Below, piece by piece: positions 48,991 to 61,799 of a stretch of 64,000 nt of DNA. A program made the position numbers and the translations under genes. The stretch spans positions 7,040 through 71,039 of the forward strand of contig JAAOMT010000072.1 of NCBI GenBank assembly GCA_016748015.1. The letters run 5' to 3'. Position 1 is the stretch's first letter, and each line of letters opens with the position of its first letter. The stretch is from Geosiphon pyriformis uo1. Lineage: Eukaryota; Fungi; Glomeromycota. The notes below the pieces were generated by a model. The model was not told where the DNA came from. It worked only from the letters and a program-made list of their open reading frames with translations, and did not search any database.

Positions 48991-50033
48991 CACTTTGAAT
49001 TTGTTGTTGCTGTGTTATTTTCATGGGAGAGCACCAAATGTTATTAGAGGTTTTTGGTCTCTTTTCTTAAATGTTGTTAATGTCTGTTTGTTGTAAATTC
49101 ACATTTTCTAGAAGTAGTTGAATCTTCAATAACTGAATTTATCTTCAAATTATCTCCTATAATTTGAACTGCTGGGCTTATGAGTGGAATGGCCAATTCC
49201 ATGCCAGTTACTTTATATAGTTACATTGTAGTAAATGTTAACTCTTTTCCAGAAATTGCTCATCTGAAAGCTCACTAAAATATGTAGTTACTTTGCTGTA
49301 AAAGTCAACTCTTCTACAGGAATCTCGTCTGTAGACTACCCTAATGATTGTAATAAAAAAAAGAAAAGAAAAGAAAAGAAATATAAAAGAAATAGAATTT
49401 TATTAAGGAAAACGTTTTCTATCCAGGCCTGGAGTCATTAACAGTTTACTAAAATTGGTAGCTAATCAATTTTAAAATGTTAGTTGAGTTTTGGGAATTT
49501 TCCAAGTGCAATAATTAAAGAATTTGGTTTTCAAATTATTTGATATTTATTTCTTTTTGTGTGTGTAGGAATGGTTCTAATAATAATTCTAAAGTAAGAT
49601 ACTATGTTAAGATACTATGAAAAGATATGAAAAGAATATGGAAAGAATACATTTTCTTAAAAAGAGAAGCTCTTCTTTTATACAACTTGTTGTAGTACTA
49701 GTCTTTGAACTTGCACTTTTCTTTTTGCTACAATTTGGGTAAATTAAAGATATATTTTGGCGAATTTACAAGTTATTTCACTGAACTATTGATTATTTCG
49801 GCGAATTTTTATTAATTTCGGCAAATTTTGACTATGTTAAATGGTTCAGAATATTGTGTAATTTGATCATCTTAATTTCTAGAGTACAAATCGGATTATT
49901 GATTAAGTAATGATATTTGATAATTTGGTTAATTTAATAAGTAATAATCAAAATGATAATAATATGCTAATTAATAATAGGAATTATGAAGATAATTTCG
50001 TGCTAATTAATAGCTAAAATTCTACTGGTAACA

Positions 50034-50883
50034 CCACAAAAAACTTTAACAAACTAGTTAGCTTTGAGTTAGATAAAACTTTTCAAATAGATTACACTAT
50101 GAATAGCTTTATTTTGCTAGAGCTTAATCTCTTTAAAGAGGATGATGTTATAGTTGAAACCTATACTTCTTATTAATTATCACATATATTACCCATTAAT
50201 GTCATATAATTAGTCACTCTATTTTTAAATAGTAATCATTGACTTAATCAATAACTTGACCATTAACCTAATTATTGACTTAATTATTGATCTAATCAAT
50301 AATCTGATCATTGATCTAATTATTAACCTAGTCATTAACTTGATTATTGATTACTTTTGATAGCTATATAAGCAATAAATTGCTTAACAGTAGAAAAACA
50401 TATAAGAATCAAAGAAAAAAATAAAATAAAATAACAACTTCATCTCAATCCTTCTCTTATTGCTAATTTCTCTTTCCCTACTTTTAAGTATTCAAACATG
50501 TTGGAATAAAAGATTACTTGTTGGTTATTTCTTACCTTTTTTCTAAAACATGTAATTGTAGCATTTGAAGATTATTGAATAAAACATAATTAAAAAGTAC
50601 ATCTGATACCTGATATTGAATTCTAAAAGCACTAAGATGAAACATAGAATTATACCAGTGTGTGATCATTTGTTAACAGTATAAACTATCCTTCTACCTT
50701 CAAATTCTCCAGTTATCTTTTAAAAAGTATAGCAACTGAAATATTTTATGAAACTGATCTTGCACATTAAATTCATACTTATTCAATTTGCTTTTTGAAG
50801 TTGAATTCTCTTTGATCTTTTTCATCATCTTACAATTTTGTTCTTCTTTGCTATCTGTTAACTTGTTACTTCAACCCATAATA
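50034..50883 (+). mobile_element. A4 3' end (ORF3 end, PPT, 3' LTR 50146-50883)
   Basis: Resumes the ORF3 sequence at ccacaaaaaac. The flank gtat pairs with gtgt (reverse complement of 31108-31111). Confidence 0.88.
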
Positions 50884-50884
50884 G

Positions 50885-51680
50885 TATTATAATTGAAACT
50901 CATATTTTTTATTAGTTATTACATGTATTAGCTACTAATATCATATAAATTAGCCATCTTATTTTTAGATAGTAATTATTGACCTAATCAATGACCTAAT
51001 CATTGACCTGATCATTGATCTAGTTATTGATCTAATCATTGACCACTTTTAATAATTATATAAGTGATGAGTCTCTTAGCTGTAGAAAGACATGATTAAA
51101 GTAATGAAATAAAATCCACTATTAATTACTTTCTCTTATATTACTTATTCACTTTTTCTTATCTTTAAGTATTTAAATATTTTGAGATAAAAAATTACTT
51201 GTTGGCATTCACATACCTTATTTTTTTTCTTCTTAATATGTATTATTAGAATTAGCCTAAGAAGCAATTACTTGTTTTTGTGATTTATTGAATAAAAAAA
51301 CAATTGAAAAGCATAATAATACTTGTTATTGATTTTAAAAATTGCCAAATGAGACATAAAATAATAGCAGTAGTGTTATTTTGTTGACAATCACAGACTA
51401 TTTTTCTATCTTCAAATTTCCAAAAAAATTTGCAACTGTAATTTTTATGAGATTGATCATACATATTAAATTCTTACTTATTTAATTTATTCTCTTATTG
51501 TAATTCTCTTTTTGGTTATTTCTTTATTCTACAATCTTGTTCTTTTTTGCTATTTATTAGCTTGTTACTCCAATTCATAATATAAAAGTGGTGCTCCCTA
51601 TGAAGTTGTTAAAATCCACTTTGTTTTTTATTATATAAATAATTATTTATATTTGCTACAACAATTAGAAAAATACTTTA
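50885..51680 (+). mobile_element. Gypsy family A copy A5: 5' LTR (50885-51582), PBS, first ~100 bp of internal region, then deleted
   Basis: LTR followed by taaaagtggtgctccc, then an abrupt A-run junction to a family C-like LTR. Confidence 0.85.
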
Positions 51681-52251
51681 AAAAAGACAGATCTCTCAGT
51701 TTAGATTTTCTCTAAGCAACCTTCCAATCCACAAATATCAATAAATAATTATTCTCTATCTCAAATCCACTCCCACTATCAAAACTTCATGTTGATAGTA
51801 ATTGATACTTAACCATACTGAAACAATAGCTCTTAATCATGGCTATTGATAAGATACTAACTTGCAATTGCTTTTGTTTATTTTTTTTTATTTTTTTTTA
51901 TTTTTTTGTTTTACTAATTGATTAAGAGTTAAGTGCTGAGTTATTGACATCAAGGATAGCCTGATAAAAAACTCCAAAGGAAGAGTATAGAAATTATATA
52001 TTAACAGATAGCTACCAGAAGGACATCTCTGCCAGATTACTGGCCATCATGCTAAGAAAAAAATTTGATAGAATTGCGATTCTGGGAGACTACTGGAAAG
52101 ACAACAATTAAATCTCTGTCTATAATACAAAAAACTCCACAACAAAATCTTCAGATCAATCAAACCTACAGATATCAGCACCAGAAGACCAATTGAGCAC
52201 CAAGTTATGGATTTGTTATTTGCTTTGAGACTCAAATAATCATCTGTAACA
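51681..52251 (+). repeat. 3' part of a family C-related LTR
   Basis: Homologous to the reverse complement of about 55430-55880 and ends tgtaaca. Confidence 0.75.
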
Positions 52252-55200
52252 ATAATAATATGGTTTCAGTCAATTACTATGTGCTGCTTTGACTAAAATT
52301 TTGTTGTCCTATCTTAATTTATAAGCTCCATTTTCTAGAATTTCTTTTATGTAAAATGGTCTGTCCTATTTGGGATTAAATTTTCTACTTCATTGTTTTT
52401 TTGTTTTGGTAAAATGTAAAAGTACTTTGTTTCCAATCCTGAATTCAACTGGTTTATCTGGTAATTAGTTATCATGTTTTTTTTTTTGTTTTTTTTGTTT
52501 TTTTTGAATATTATCAGCTGTTTTTTGCCATTTGTTTTCTAATGTTTCCATTAATTCATATGTTCTTCTCAACAATGTTTCTTGAAAATTGTCTTCTATT
52601 ATTGGTTTTGTTGAATATATGCTGACTTTTATCTCTACTGATAACATTGCTGTTCTATCATATACTAATTTAAATGGTATTGCTTGTGTAGTGTTTTGCT
52701 TTATTGTCTAATAAGCAAATAATACTGATAATATAAACAAATCTCATTTGTCCTAGTTTTTTTGACTGATTTTGGCTATTGCTTTATATAACATTCTATT
52801 AAATCTTTCAACTAACCCATTTGTTTGCAGATGATATAGTGATGATAATGGTCTTTTAATTCCAAATCTTTGACTTAATTCTGCTAGTGTTCTGTCTACA
52901 AAATGCATTCTTTGGTCTGATAGTAATTCTTTTAAACATCTATGTTGACAAATTAGATCTTGATGAATGAATTTGGCAACAGATTCTGCATCTGCTTTTT
53001 GAATGGCTTTTGCTTCTGGCTACTTAGTAAAATAATCTATGACTACTGCAATATATCTGTTTTTTCTGCTGATTATTGTTAATAGTTCAACTAAGTTAAT
53101 TCCAATGTAATCAAATAGTTGTTTTACTTTGATTGGTCTCAATGGTTTACTAGATCTTGTTCCTTTTTTTCTCTAATAAGCATTATAATTTTGAACATAT
53201 TGGATGATATTTAAATATATTGATGGCCAATAGTATCTTTTTTTGGTTCTTTCCATGGTTGTTTCTTTATAAAAATATTCTGCTATTGGATCTGAGTGCA
53301 TGTTGAATAATATTGTTTTTTTTTCTGGCTCTGTAATTACTCTGGTTGGTTGATCTGAATTTTTTTTGTTCTTCCAATAAAGTATATTTTGATGGTTAAT
53401 AAAGTATTTTAATTGTTGTTTTATGTTGTTTTATTTATAATTTCTCCTTGAACTGTTGAGTATTTATATAATACTAGAGTTGTTGATATTTTTGTGTGTT
53501 CATCTTTATTATATTTTTGTTTTTCAATTGTTTGGATTTTGTTATATTTTTGGGTTGAAATGTTCAAATTTATTTCATTCATGACAAACCATCAGCATTT
53601 CTATTTTTTTTTCCCTTTTTATAGTATACTGTAAAAGTATATGGTAAAAGTGCTATTTTCTATCTAGTATGTCAATTGTCTTCAAATTTTTGTTTCTGGA
53701 TTGAAGTCAATCTTTTGTGATCCATGTGCACCCCAAATTTCTGGCTTAAGTATTTTTTCTATTTTATGACAACCCAATAAATTGCTAAGTGTTCAAGTGC
53801 TGGTGTTTCATAGTTCTTTTTAGCTGATATTAAGCTTTGGCTGGTATATACTACTGGATGTTTTTTTTCATCTGGTTTTTTTTGTGATAGTACTGCTTCC
53901 AATGCTTAATCTGATGCATTAATAGTAATAATAAATGGTTTGCTATGATCTGAATAGATCAATACTAGAGCTTGAATAAGTTTTTTTCTCAGTGTGTCAA
54001 AAGCTTTTTGTTGAGTTTTGGTCTATTCATATTTGGTGTTTTTTGTTTGAAGTTGGTGTAGTTGTTGAGCTATTTTGGAAAAGTTTTTGATAAAACAGTG
54101 GTAGTATTTAGCAAATTCTAAAAATGCTCTTAATTTCGTGAGATTATTTGGTACTGGAAAGTTTTTAATAATCTTAATCTTATCTGGATCTGTTTTGATA
54201 TTATTTTTGTTTACAACATGTTCCAAAAACTTGAGTTCAGTTTTTTCAAAGAAGCATTTGGTGGCATTTAACTTCAATTTGACTCTTCTTAGTCTTTTAA
54301 ATACTTGTTAGAAATGATGTAAATAATCATTGAATGTCTTTGAGAACACATTGGTATCATCCAAATATATGACTACTAATTTCCATAACAGTCTAGTATA
54401 GACAATTTCTATAAGCCATTGAAATGTTGCTGGTACATTTATCAAGCCAAATGGCATTACTTTAAACTCGAAATTTCTTTCTTAGGTTGTAAAAGCCATT
54501 TTCTCTTTGTCTTCTGGTTTTATAACTACTTGCCAATAATCACTATCTAAGTTTAAAGTTGAGAACCATTTTTTTTCTCCAAAAGCATTGAAAAGTTTTT
54601 GGATCTTTGAAGTTGGATAGCTATCTCTTTTTGTTACTCTATTTAGTTTCTGGTAATCTATACAAAAGCAGATTTTTCTATTCTTCTTATGGACTAATAC
54701 TATTGGTGATGGCTAAATTAGCCTATTGTTAAGCATCTGATTGATTTCTTGATGAATGATCTTATGGCTGGCTGGTAATACTTAATATGCTCTTTGTTTG
54801 ATTGACATTATATCTTTAGTCTTAATTTGGTGCTGGATTATGTCAGTTCTGCCAAACTTATTTTCACTTACAAAAATGTTGGTAAAGTTGTTGAGTAACA
54901 TTTTGAGTTGCATACATTAAAATGGATTTAAGTTTCTTATATTTATTTGTTCTAATTGTTCTAATTAGAGCAAATAACATTCATTTTGCCCATAGATGGT
55001 TTGTGATGTTATGTTGACATATCCACACAGTTGTAAAAAATCTGGAATGGGGTTTGGTAGTTGGTTTTTGATTTCAGTGGTTAAATATCCAATAATAGTT
55101 TCTTTTGGTATCTTGATGACATCTTCCATATTATTGTAGATGAGAATTTTGATGTGACTGTGGTTCTTGACTGGTATGTGTAAATTGACTAATCCAATTT

Positions 55201-55278
55201 TTCCTGATTTACAAAGTATTGCTTCTGCTTCAAAAATTTGAACCTGATCCTTTACTTTTCTTTCTATGGCTAACATGT
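52252..55278 (-). mobile_element. Gypsy family C copy C1 (pre-RT spacer, RT, RH, IN), heavily decayed
   Basis: Colinear with about 56970-60024, with IYLDD and HSDPIA motifs. Interrupted by C2 at 55279. Confidence 0.88.
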
Positions 55279-55939
55279 TGTTACAAGTGACTATTTCTGG
55301 TGTTGGATTAAATAACAAAACTCATAACTTGGTGCTCAAATCTAGTTGCAGTTGATAGTGATCTGAAGGTTTGTGTCTGAAGAGTTTGTATCCGAAGGGT
55401 TTGGTTGAGTTTTTTGTATAATAGACAGAAATTCAATGGTAATAGTTTTATTCATAGCTTCCCAAAACCGCAGTTTTGTCAATTTCTTTCTCAGCTTGAT
55501 GGCCAGTATTCCTTCTGGTAAGCTATCCTCAATTGAGTGTTCTACCTTTATTTCTGGGTCTTTTACCAGTCACGTTTATCCTGATATCAGTACCCCATAT
55601 GTTAATCCTCAATAAAGTTAGTAAACAACAATAAAATCAAAGCAAGAAATAAAAAAAAAAATAAAAAATAAAGAAAGAAAAGAAATAAGCCAAGGTGATT
55701 TGCAAGTTAGTATTCTGTTAATAGCCATAATCAAGAGTTATTGTTCTAGTATGGTTAAGTATCAATTATTATCAACATGAAGTGTTGATAGTGGTAGCGG
55801 GTTTAAGATAACAAACAGTTATTTATTTGTGGTTTGGAAAGTTGTCTAGATGAAATCTAAACTGAGAGATCTGTCTTTTTAGCTTCTAATCCTACTGCTA
55901 TATATACATAATTGAAATTCCTCAATTTTTCAATTCTTT

Positions 55940-56080
55940 ACAACAGGAATCCTGAGATTCTTGGAATTCTGCAATTTCTTTGAGAGAAATTTTGGAATTC
56001 TGGAATTCTGCGATTCCTTATGAGAATTCTGTAATTCCTAAAATCCTGCAATTCCTGAGAGGAATCCTAGAATTCCACAT
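55940..56080. repeat. Degenerate ~9-bp tandem repeats (ggaattct / gcaattcct) in the family C LTR U3
   Basis: Repeated gaattctg / aattcctg units are visible directly. Confidence 0.7.
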
Positions 56081-56129
56081 TTTATTATGTCTACTTCTGA
56101 TTAGTTAATAACTATGCTAATATATATTT

Positions 56130-56814
56130 CCTATATTTCTATAAGTAACATTATTTCCTCCTTTTAATATTAAGCTCTGTCGAAATCTAATGCTGTTAAT
56201 TCCCTTTCTTAAAATATTTCCTGAATTTCATTTTTAAGAATTACTTGTGTTATTTGAGTCTGTAATTCTTCAAATTGAGCATTGGTGATCTTTCCTAATT
56301 GATTACTGGTAACTGTATCTATTGTTTTGTTGAGTAAAATTTCTGGTCAATTCTGAAATGCTGTGTGTATTTGGTATATGGCTCGGACCTGTATGGATAA
56401 GTTGTTCTTTTCCACAAAATGTTCTAATTGTTGTAGTATTCTTGTGTCAAATAATTGCTTTGTTTTATCTGTATATAGATTCTGGATATTCACGTGTTGT
56501 TCCAAGTAAAAATAACAATAGTTTCTTGGAAATTGTTGTATCCACCAATTCCAAGTTTCTTTAGTCAATTCTTGGTATAGTGACTCTTTTGTCAACTTTT
56601 TTATTGCTAATTTTACTTTCACAATGATTTTGTCAATAGTATTTTCTGTTTTCTTCTGTGTTTTATGTGGTGATGTTTTTCTAGTGTCTTGATATTGGAT
56701 GGTTTGTTGATTAATTGTAATTTCCATCTTTTGGTGTTGAATCAATTGAAAGAGTTGTTGTGCTAATGAGTAAATGTTGTCTGTAATTTTCATTTTTCTG
56801 ATATTTCTTGTCAT
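56130..56814 (-). pseudogene. Family C ORF3
   Basis: ORF 56347-56814 continues past a TGA as PEILLNKTIDTVTSNQLGKITNAQFEEL toward the PPT. Confidence 0.65.
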
Positions 56815-56849
56815 GTCTACTATGTTTTTATATATTCTTTTAATGGATT

Positions 56850-58230
56850 AATTTAACATGTTGTTGTCAATAATAATGATTGGTTCCAGATCTTGTGGAA
56901 TCTCTTCTGGTTGGACTAGTATCTTCTGTACTCCTAATTGTGAAATATTATTGGTAGATGGTGGTGTAATGTTGTGGTATGGTTTTAGTCGATCTCTATG
57001 TGCTGCTTTGGTTAAGATTTTGTTATCCAGTCTTAATTTGTAAGCTGTATTCCCTAGAATTTCTTCTATGTGAAATGGTCTATCCCATTTGGGGTCAAAT
57101 TTTCCACTCTATTGTTTTTCCGCTTTGGTACAATGTAAGAGTATTTTGTTTCCAATCTTGAATTCAACTGGTTTGTCTGGTAGTTGATTATCATGTCTTT
57201 TTTTCTGTTTTTCTTGTGACTTTTGTATGTTATTAGCTGCTCTTTTTTGTTTGTTTTTCAATGTTTCTATTAAGTCATATGTTCTTCTTAACAATGTTTC
57301 TTGGAAATTTTTTTCTGTTATTGGTTTAGTTGGATATGTGTTAACCTCTATTTCAATTGGTAATGTTGCTGTTCTACCATATATCAATTCAAATAATGTT
57401 GCTTGTGTAGTGTCTTGCTTTATTGTCCGATAAGCAAATAATACTGATAGTATGAACAAATCCCATTTGTCCTGGTTTTCTTGGCTGAGTTTTGCTATTG
57501 CTTCACACAATGTTCTATTAAATCTTTCAACTAATCTATTGGTTTGTGAATGGTATAGTGATAATAGTGGTCTCTTAATTCCGAATTTTTGGCTTAATTC
57601 TGCTAATGTTCTATTTACAAAATGGGTTCTTTGGTCTGATAATAGTTTTTTTGGACATCTATGTTGACAAATCAGATCTTGATAGATGAATTTGGCAATG
57701 GATTCTGCATCCGCTCTTTGAATTGCTTTGGCTTCTGGCCATTTAGTAAGATAGTTCATGGCTACTGCAATATATCTGTTGCCTTTGCTGGTAATTGTCA
57801 ATGGTCTGACTAAATTGATTCCAATGTGATCAAATGGTTGTCCCACTTTGATTGGTTTCAATGGTTCATTGGGTTTTGTTCCTCTTTTTCTTTGACAAGC
57901 ATCACAATTTTGCACATATTGGATGATGTCTGGATACATTAATGGCTAATAGTATCTCTTTTTGGTTCTTTTCATGATTGCTTCTTTATGAAAATGTCTT
58001 GCAATTGGATCTGAGTGCATGTTGAACAGTATTGTCTCCTTTTCTGGTTCTGTAATTACTCTGGTTGATTGATCTGAATCTTTTCTATTTTTCCGATAAA
58101 GTATATTTTGGTGAGTGATAAAATATTTGAATTGTTGTTTGATTCTTTTTTGTTCTGGTTGAGATAATTTTTCCTTGAACTGTTAAGTATCTATATAATA
58201 TTGAAGTTGCTAATATTTTTGTGTATTCAT
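56850..58230 (-). pseudogene. Integrase, family C2
   Basis: MNTQKY..., HSDPIARHF, CDACQ, GINLVRP, SDQRTHF, VERFNRTL and WDRPF. Confidence 0.92.
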
Positions 58231-58291
58231 TTTTTGTTATATTTTCATGAGTATTGTTTTGGTTTTGTTATATTTTTGGGTTGAAATGTTC

Positions 58292-59640
58292 TTAGATTTG
58301 TCTTATTCACGACAAACCATTAGCATTTCCATTGTTTTTTCCCTTTTTATAATATATGGTATAAGTATATGTTGAAAGAGCCATTTTCCATCTTGACTGT
58401 CTTTTGTCTCCAAATTTTTGTTTTTGGAGTGATGTCAATTCTTTGTGATCTGTGTACATCTCAAACTTTTGGCTTAAGTATTTTTTCTATTTTATAACTG
58501 CCCAATAGATTGCTATATGTTCTAATTCTGGTGTTCCATAGTTCTTTTTGGCTGGAGTCAAACCTTGGCTGGCATATGTGACTGGATGTTCTCTTCCATC
58601 CAATCCTCTCTAAGATAGTACTGCTTCCAATGCTTGACCTGATGCATCAGTGATAATAATGAATGGTTTACTATGATCTGAATAGATCAATACTGAAGCT
58701 TGAATAAGCTTTCTTTTTAAGATGTCAAATGCTTCTTGCTGGGCTACAGTCCATTCATACTTTGCATTTTTGGTTTGAAGATCATTGAGTGATTGTGCTA
58801 TCTTTGAAAAGTTCTTTATAAAGCATCTATAATAACTCATGAATCTCAAGAATAATTTCAGCTCAGTTACATTGGTTGGTATTAAAAAGTTTTTTACTAT
58901 CTCTATTTTCTCTGGATCTGTTTTTATGCTGTCTTTGCTAACTATGTGTCCCAAGAATTTTAGTTCTGTTTTGCCAAAAAAACACTTTGTTGCATTTAAT
59001 TTTAATTCTGTTCATCGTAGTCTTTTGAACACTTGTTGGAGATGATGTAGATGATCATCAAATGTTTTTGAGAACATATTGGTGTCATCCAAGTATACAA
59101 TTACTGATTTCCACAATAAGCTGATGTACATAATTTTCATTAACTGTTGGAATGTAGCTAAAGCATTGGTTAAGCTGAATGGCATAACTTCAAACTCAAA
59201 GTTTTTCTTTTTTGTGGTGAATGCCATTTTTTCTTTGTCAGCTGGATTCATGGCTACTTGCCAGTAACCACTATCCAAGTCTAATGTTGAAAACCATTTG
59301 TTTCCACCAAAAGCATCGAATAGTTCTTGTATCTGTGGAGTTAGATAGCTGTCTCCATGAGTTACACCATTGAGTTTCCTGTAGTCTACACAAAATTGGA
59401 TTTTTCTATTCTTTTTATGGATGAGTACTACTGGTAACAACCATGGGCTCATTGATGGCTGAATTAACCCATTGTCAAGCATTCAGTTGATCTCTTGACA
59501 GATGATTTTATGGCTGGCTAGTGGTACCCTATATGCTTGCTGTTTGATTGGCATTGCATTTCCAGTCTTGATCTGATGCTGGATAATATCAATTCTGCCA
59601 AATTTGTTTTCACTAGTGAAGATGTCATTGAAATTATTGA
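58292..59640 (-). pseudogene. RT + RNase H, family C2
   Basis: FCVDYRKLN, LDLDSGYWQV, VYLDD, ITDASG and YTDH. Confidence 0.93.
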
Positions 59641-60124
59641 GTAACATTTTTAGTTGCATCTGTTGAAGTGGGTCTAGATTTCTTATGTTCATCTGTTCCA
59701 ATTGTTCTGGCTGTAACAGATAACATTCATTTCGTCCATAAATAGTTTGTGATGTAATGTCCACATATCCACAAAGCTGTAGAAAATCTGGAATGCTGCT
59801 TGGTGCTTGATCTTCAATTTCTATGGTTAAATATCTGAAAGTGGTTCCTTCCAGTATCTTTACAACATTTCTGGTGTTATTGTAGATGGGAATTTTGATA
59901 TGGTTATGGCTCTTGGCTAGTATGTGTAGATTGATAAGTCTAATTTCTCTTAATTCACAAAGGATTGCTTCTGCTTCAAAAATCTGTTCTTGCTTCTTTT
60001 CTCTCCTTTCTATTGCTAACATGTATTGGCTATATGGTGAAATGGAAATTGTTTGACCAGGTGAGATAATTTCTCCTTGGCCAATAATTTTTTCCTCTAC
60101 CATATTGACTGGTACATCTATTCT

Positions 60125-60540
60125 ATCCATTGATTCAAATCCCTGTATTTTTCTTGCTGTTATCTCTAATTCTTTCCTATTTTCTACTGAAACTAACTAA
60201 GCTATTTTCACCAAAGGCAGAAATATTGCCTGTGCTATCCTTTCATTTGGCTCTATAACATAGACTTTTTCTGAGTCATTTTGTAACATAGCAATGATAT
60301 TTCTTACATATCCTGCATCAATTATTCTTCCTCTGATGTTTATTCCCTTTTTCGCTAAATTACTTCTAGATGCTAATTGAACCATTGTTGTTGCTGGAAT
60401 TTCCAGTGCTATTTTCAGATTGATGCAAGTGTGCGAATGGGATTCCAATTTGATGGCATTCTTTCCTGGATATCTCAGATCAAATCCTGCATCAGTATTA
60501 TGTACATGTTCTGGCATGATATCTTCATTATTATTACTGA
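60125..60540 (-). pseudogene. dUTPase, family C2
   Basis: DAGFDL, ASRS, IIDAGY, ERIAQ and, after a stop, QGFES(M)D. These correspond to the five dUTPase motifs. Confidence 0.93.
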
Positions 60541-61799
60541 ACCATTTCAGTTTTTGCTCCTTAGTGAGGTCAAGGAGTGCGATATATTGTTTGTAGTTTA
60601 AATCAGAATTTGAATCTGAGTTGAAATCATTGTCATTGTTATAGCCATTTTGAACGGAGCTGAAACCATTATTTTTGTTATTGTTGTTGTTGAAGTTTGA
60701 ATTGGAGTTGGAACTCGATTTCGATTCTGATGTGCAGCTGTTGATTGGTTCTTCTTCTTCAGAGATCATGTAGATCATGCATGGTAGTGGATTGTAAATG
60801 AGATCACAATCATCACAAAATTGGAAGTCACATGGAATCAAACAGTGGTCACATAATTGGGTGTTGATTTCTTCTAAGCATTGCTTTTGCTCTTTTCTTA
60901 TGAGTGCTAAATTCTGATAATATTCATGGAATTCTTCTGGGCTGTTTTCTAAGTCAATAAAGATGTTTGTGTTGAGAACCAAAACAATGTCTGTTGGTTC
61001 TGGAGAGTTATTCTTGATCTCCAGAATTTCACTGGGGAAAGTGTCTTCTACTTTGGCATTGGCCATTCACCAGATCTTATCCTCATTGTGTGAATAGCCA
61101 TCTAGGCGGGATATAGCTCAATGCCATGCTGCTGTGATAGATGTACCATGACTCACCCAGTCACTGATGAGGATTGTGTATTGGCACAAAGTGTCACACA
61201 TTCCTCCTCGACTAGAAATGTTATTCCATATTTCTTTGTCAAGTAATTGTTTGCTGCAAGCAAGACATGGTTCATTGTTCTACTTGTCTTATCTTTTTGG
61301 GTAGCCATATTGTTCCCTATGGCAGGGCTTACAATAGTAATGGGTTCGCATCCAGTAGTCTTTGTCTGGCATTATCCAAGTTTCCATTGAGGACAGTTTC
61401 TTTTCACAGTCCTTGCATTTGAGAGGTATATATGGCAGTTCTTTTATTGGTTCATGTGAGTATTCCCTTTTCCAGCCACTAGTTATTTTTTCTGCAGTGG
61501 TGGTTTCTTCAGGTATGTTTTTTTCTCTTCCTTTCTCTTTTTTCTTGTTTTTTTCTTCCCAATCTAGAATTGGTGGCATCTTGCTTTGGTTGTTGTCGGT
61601 CCAAGCGTTGATAGTGGCTTTCCAAGTAGGTTCTTCTCTTTGTTTCTCCTTTCCATTGTCATTGTTGTTCCAAGCAAGTATTGGCAGCAGTTTGTTGTAA
61701 TTAACGTCAGCCCACAAGACTTGGTATGCTTCCCAGATGGGTTTCACTTTTTCTTCCTCGAATTTGATAAGTGGTGTTGATGGTGTGGTGATGGGCTTG

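Larger units (their letters stand above)
40152..50033 (-). mobile_element. Full-length gypsy family B element (about 9.9 kb) with dUTPase; LTRs 40152-41148 and 49039-50033
   Basis: ~1 kb direct repeats, PBS tggtgctctcccatga (49021-49036), PPT aaggaggagatta (41149-41163) and TSD ttac/ccac. Domain order is gag-CCHC-PR-Cys-rich-DUT-RT-RH / IN / ORF3. Confidence 0.95.
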
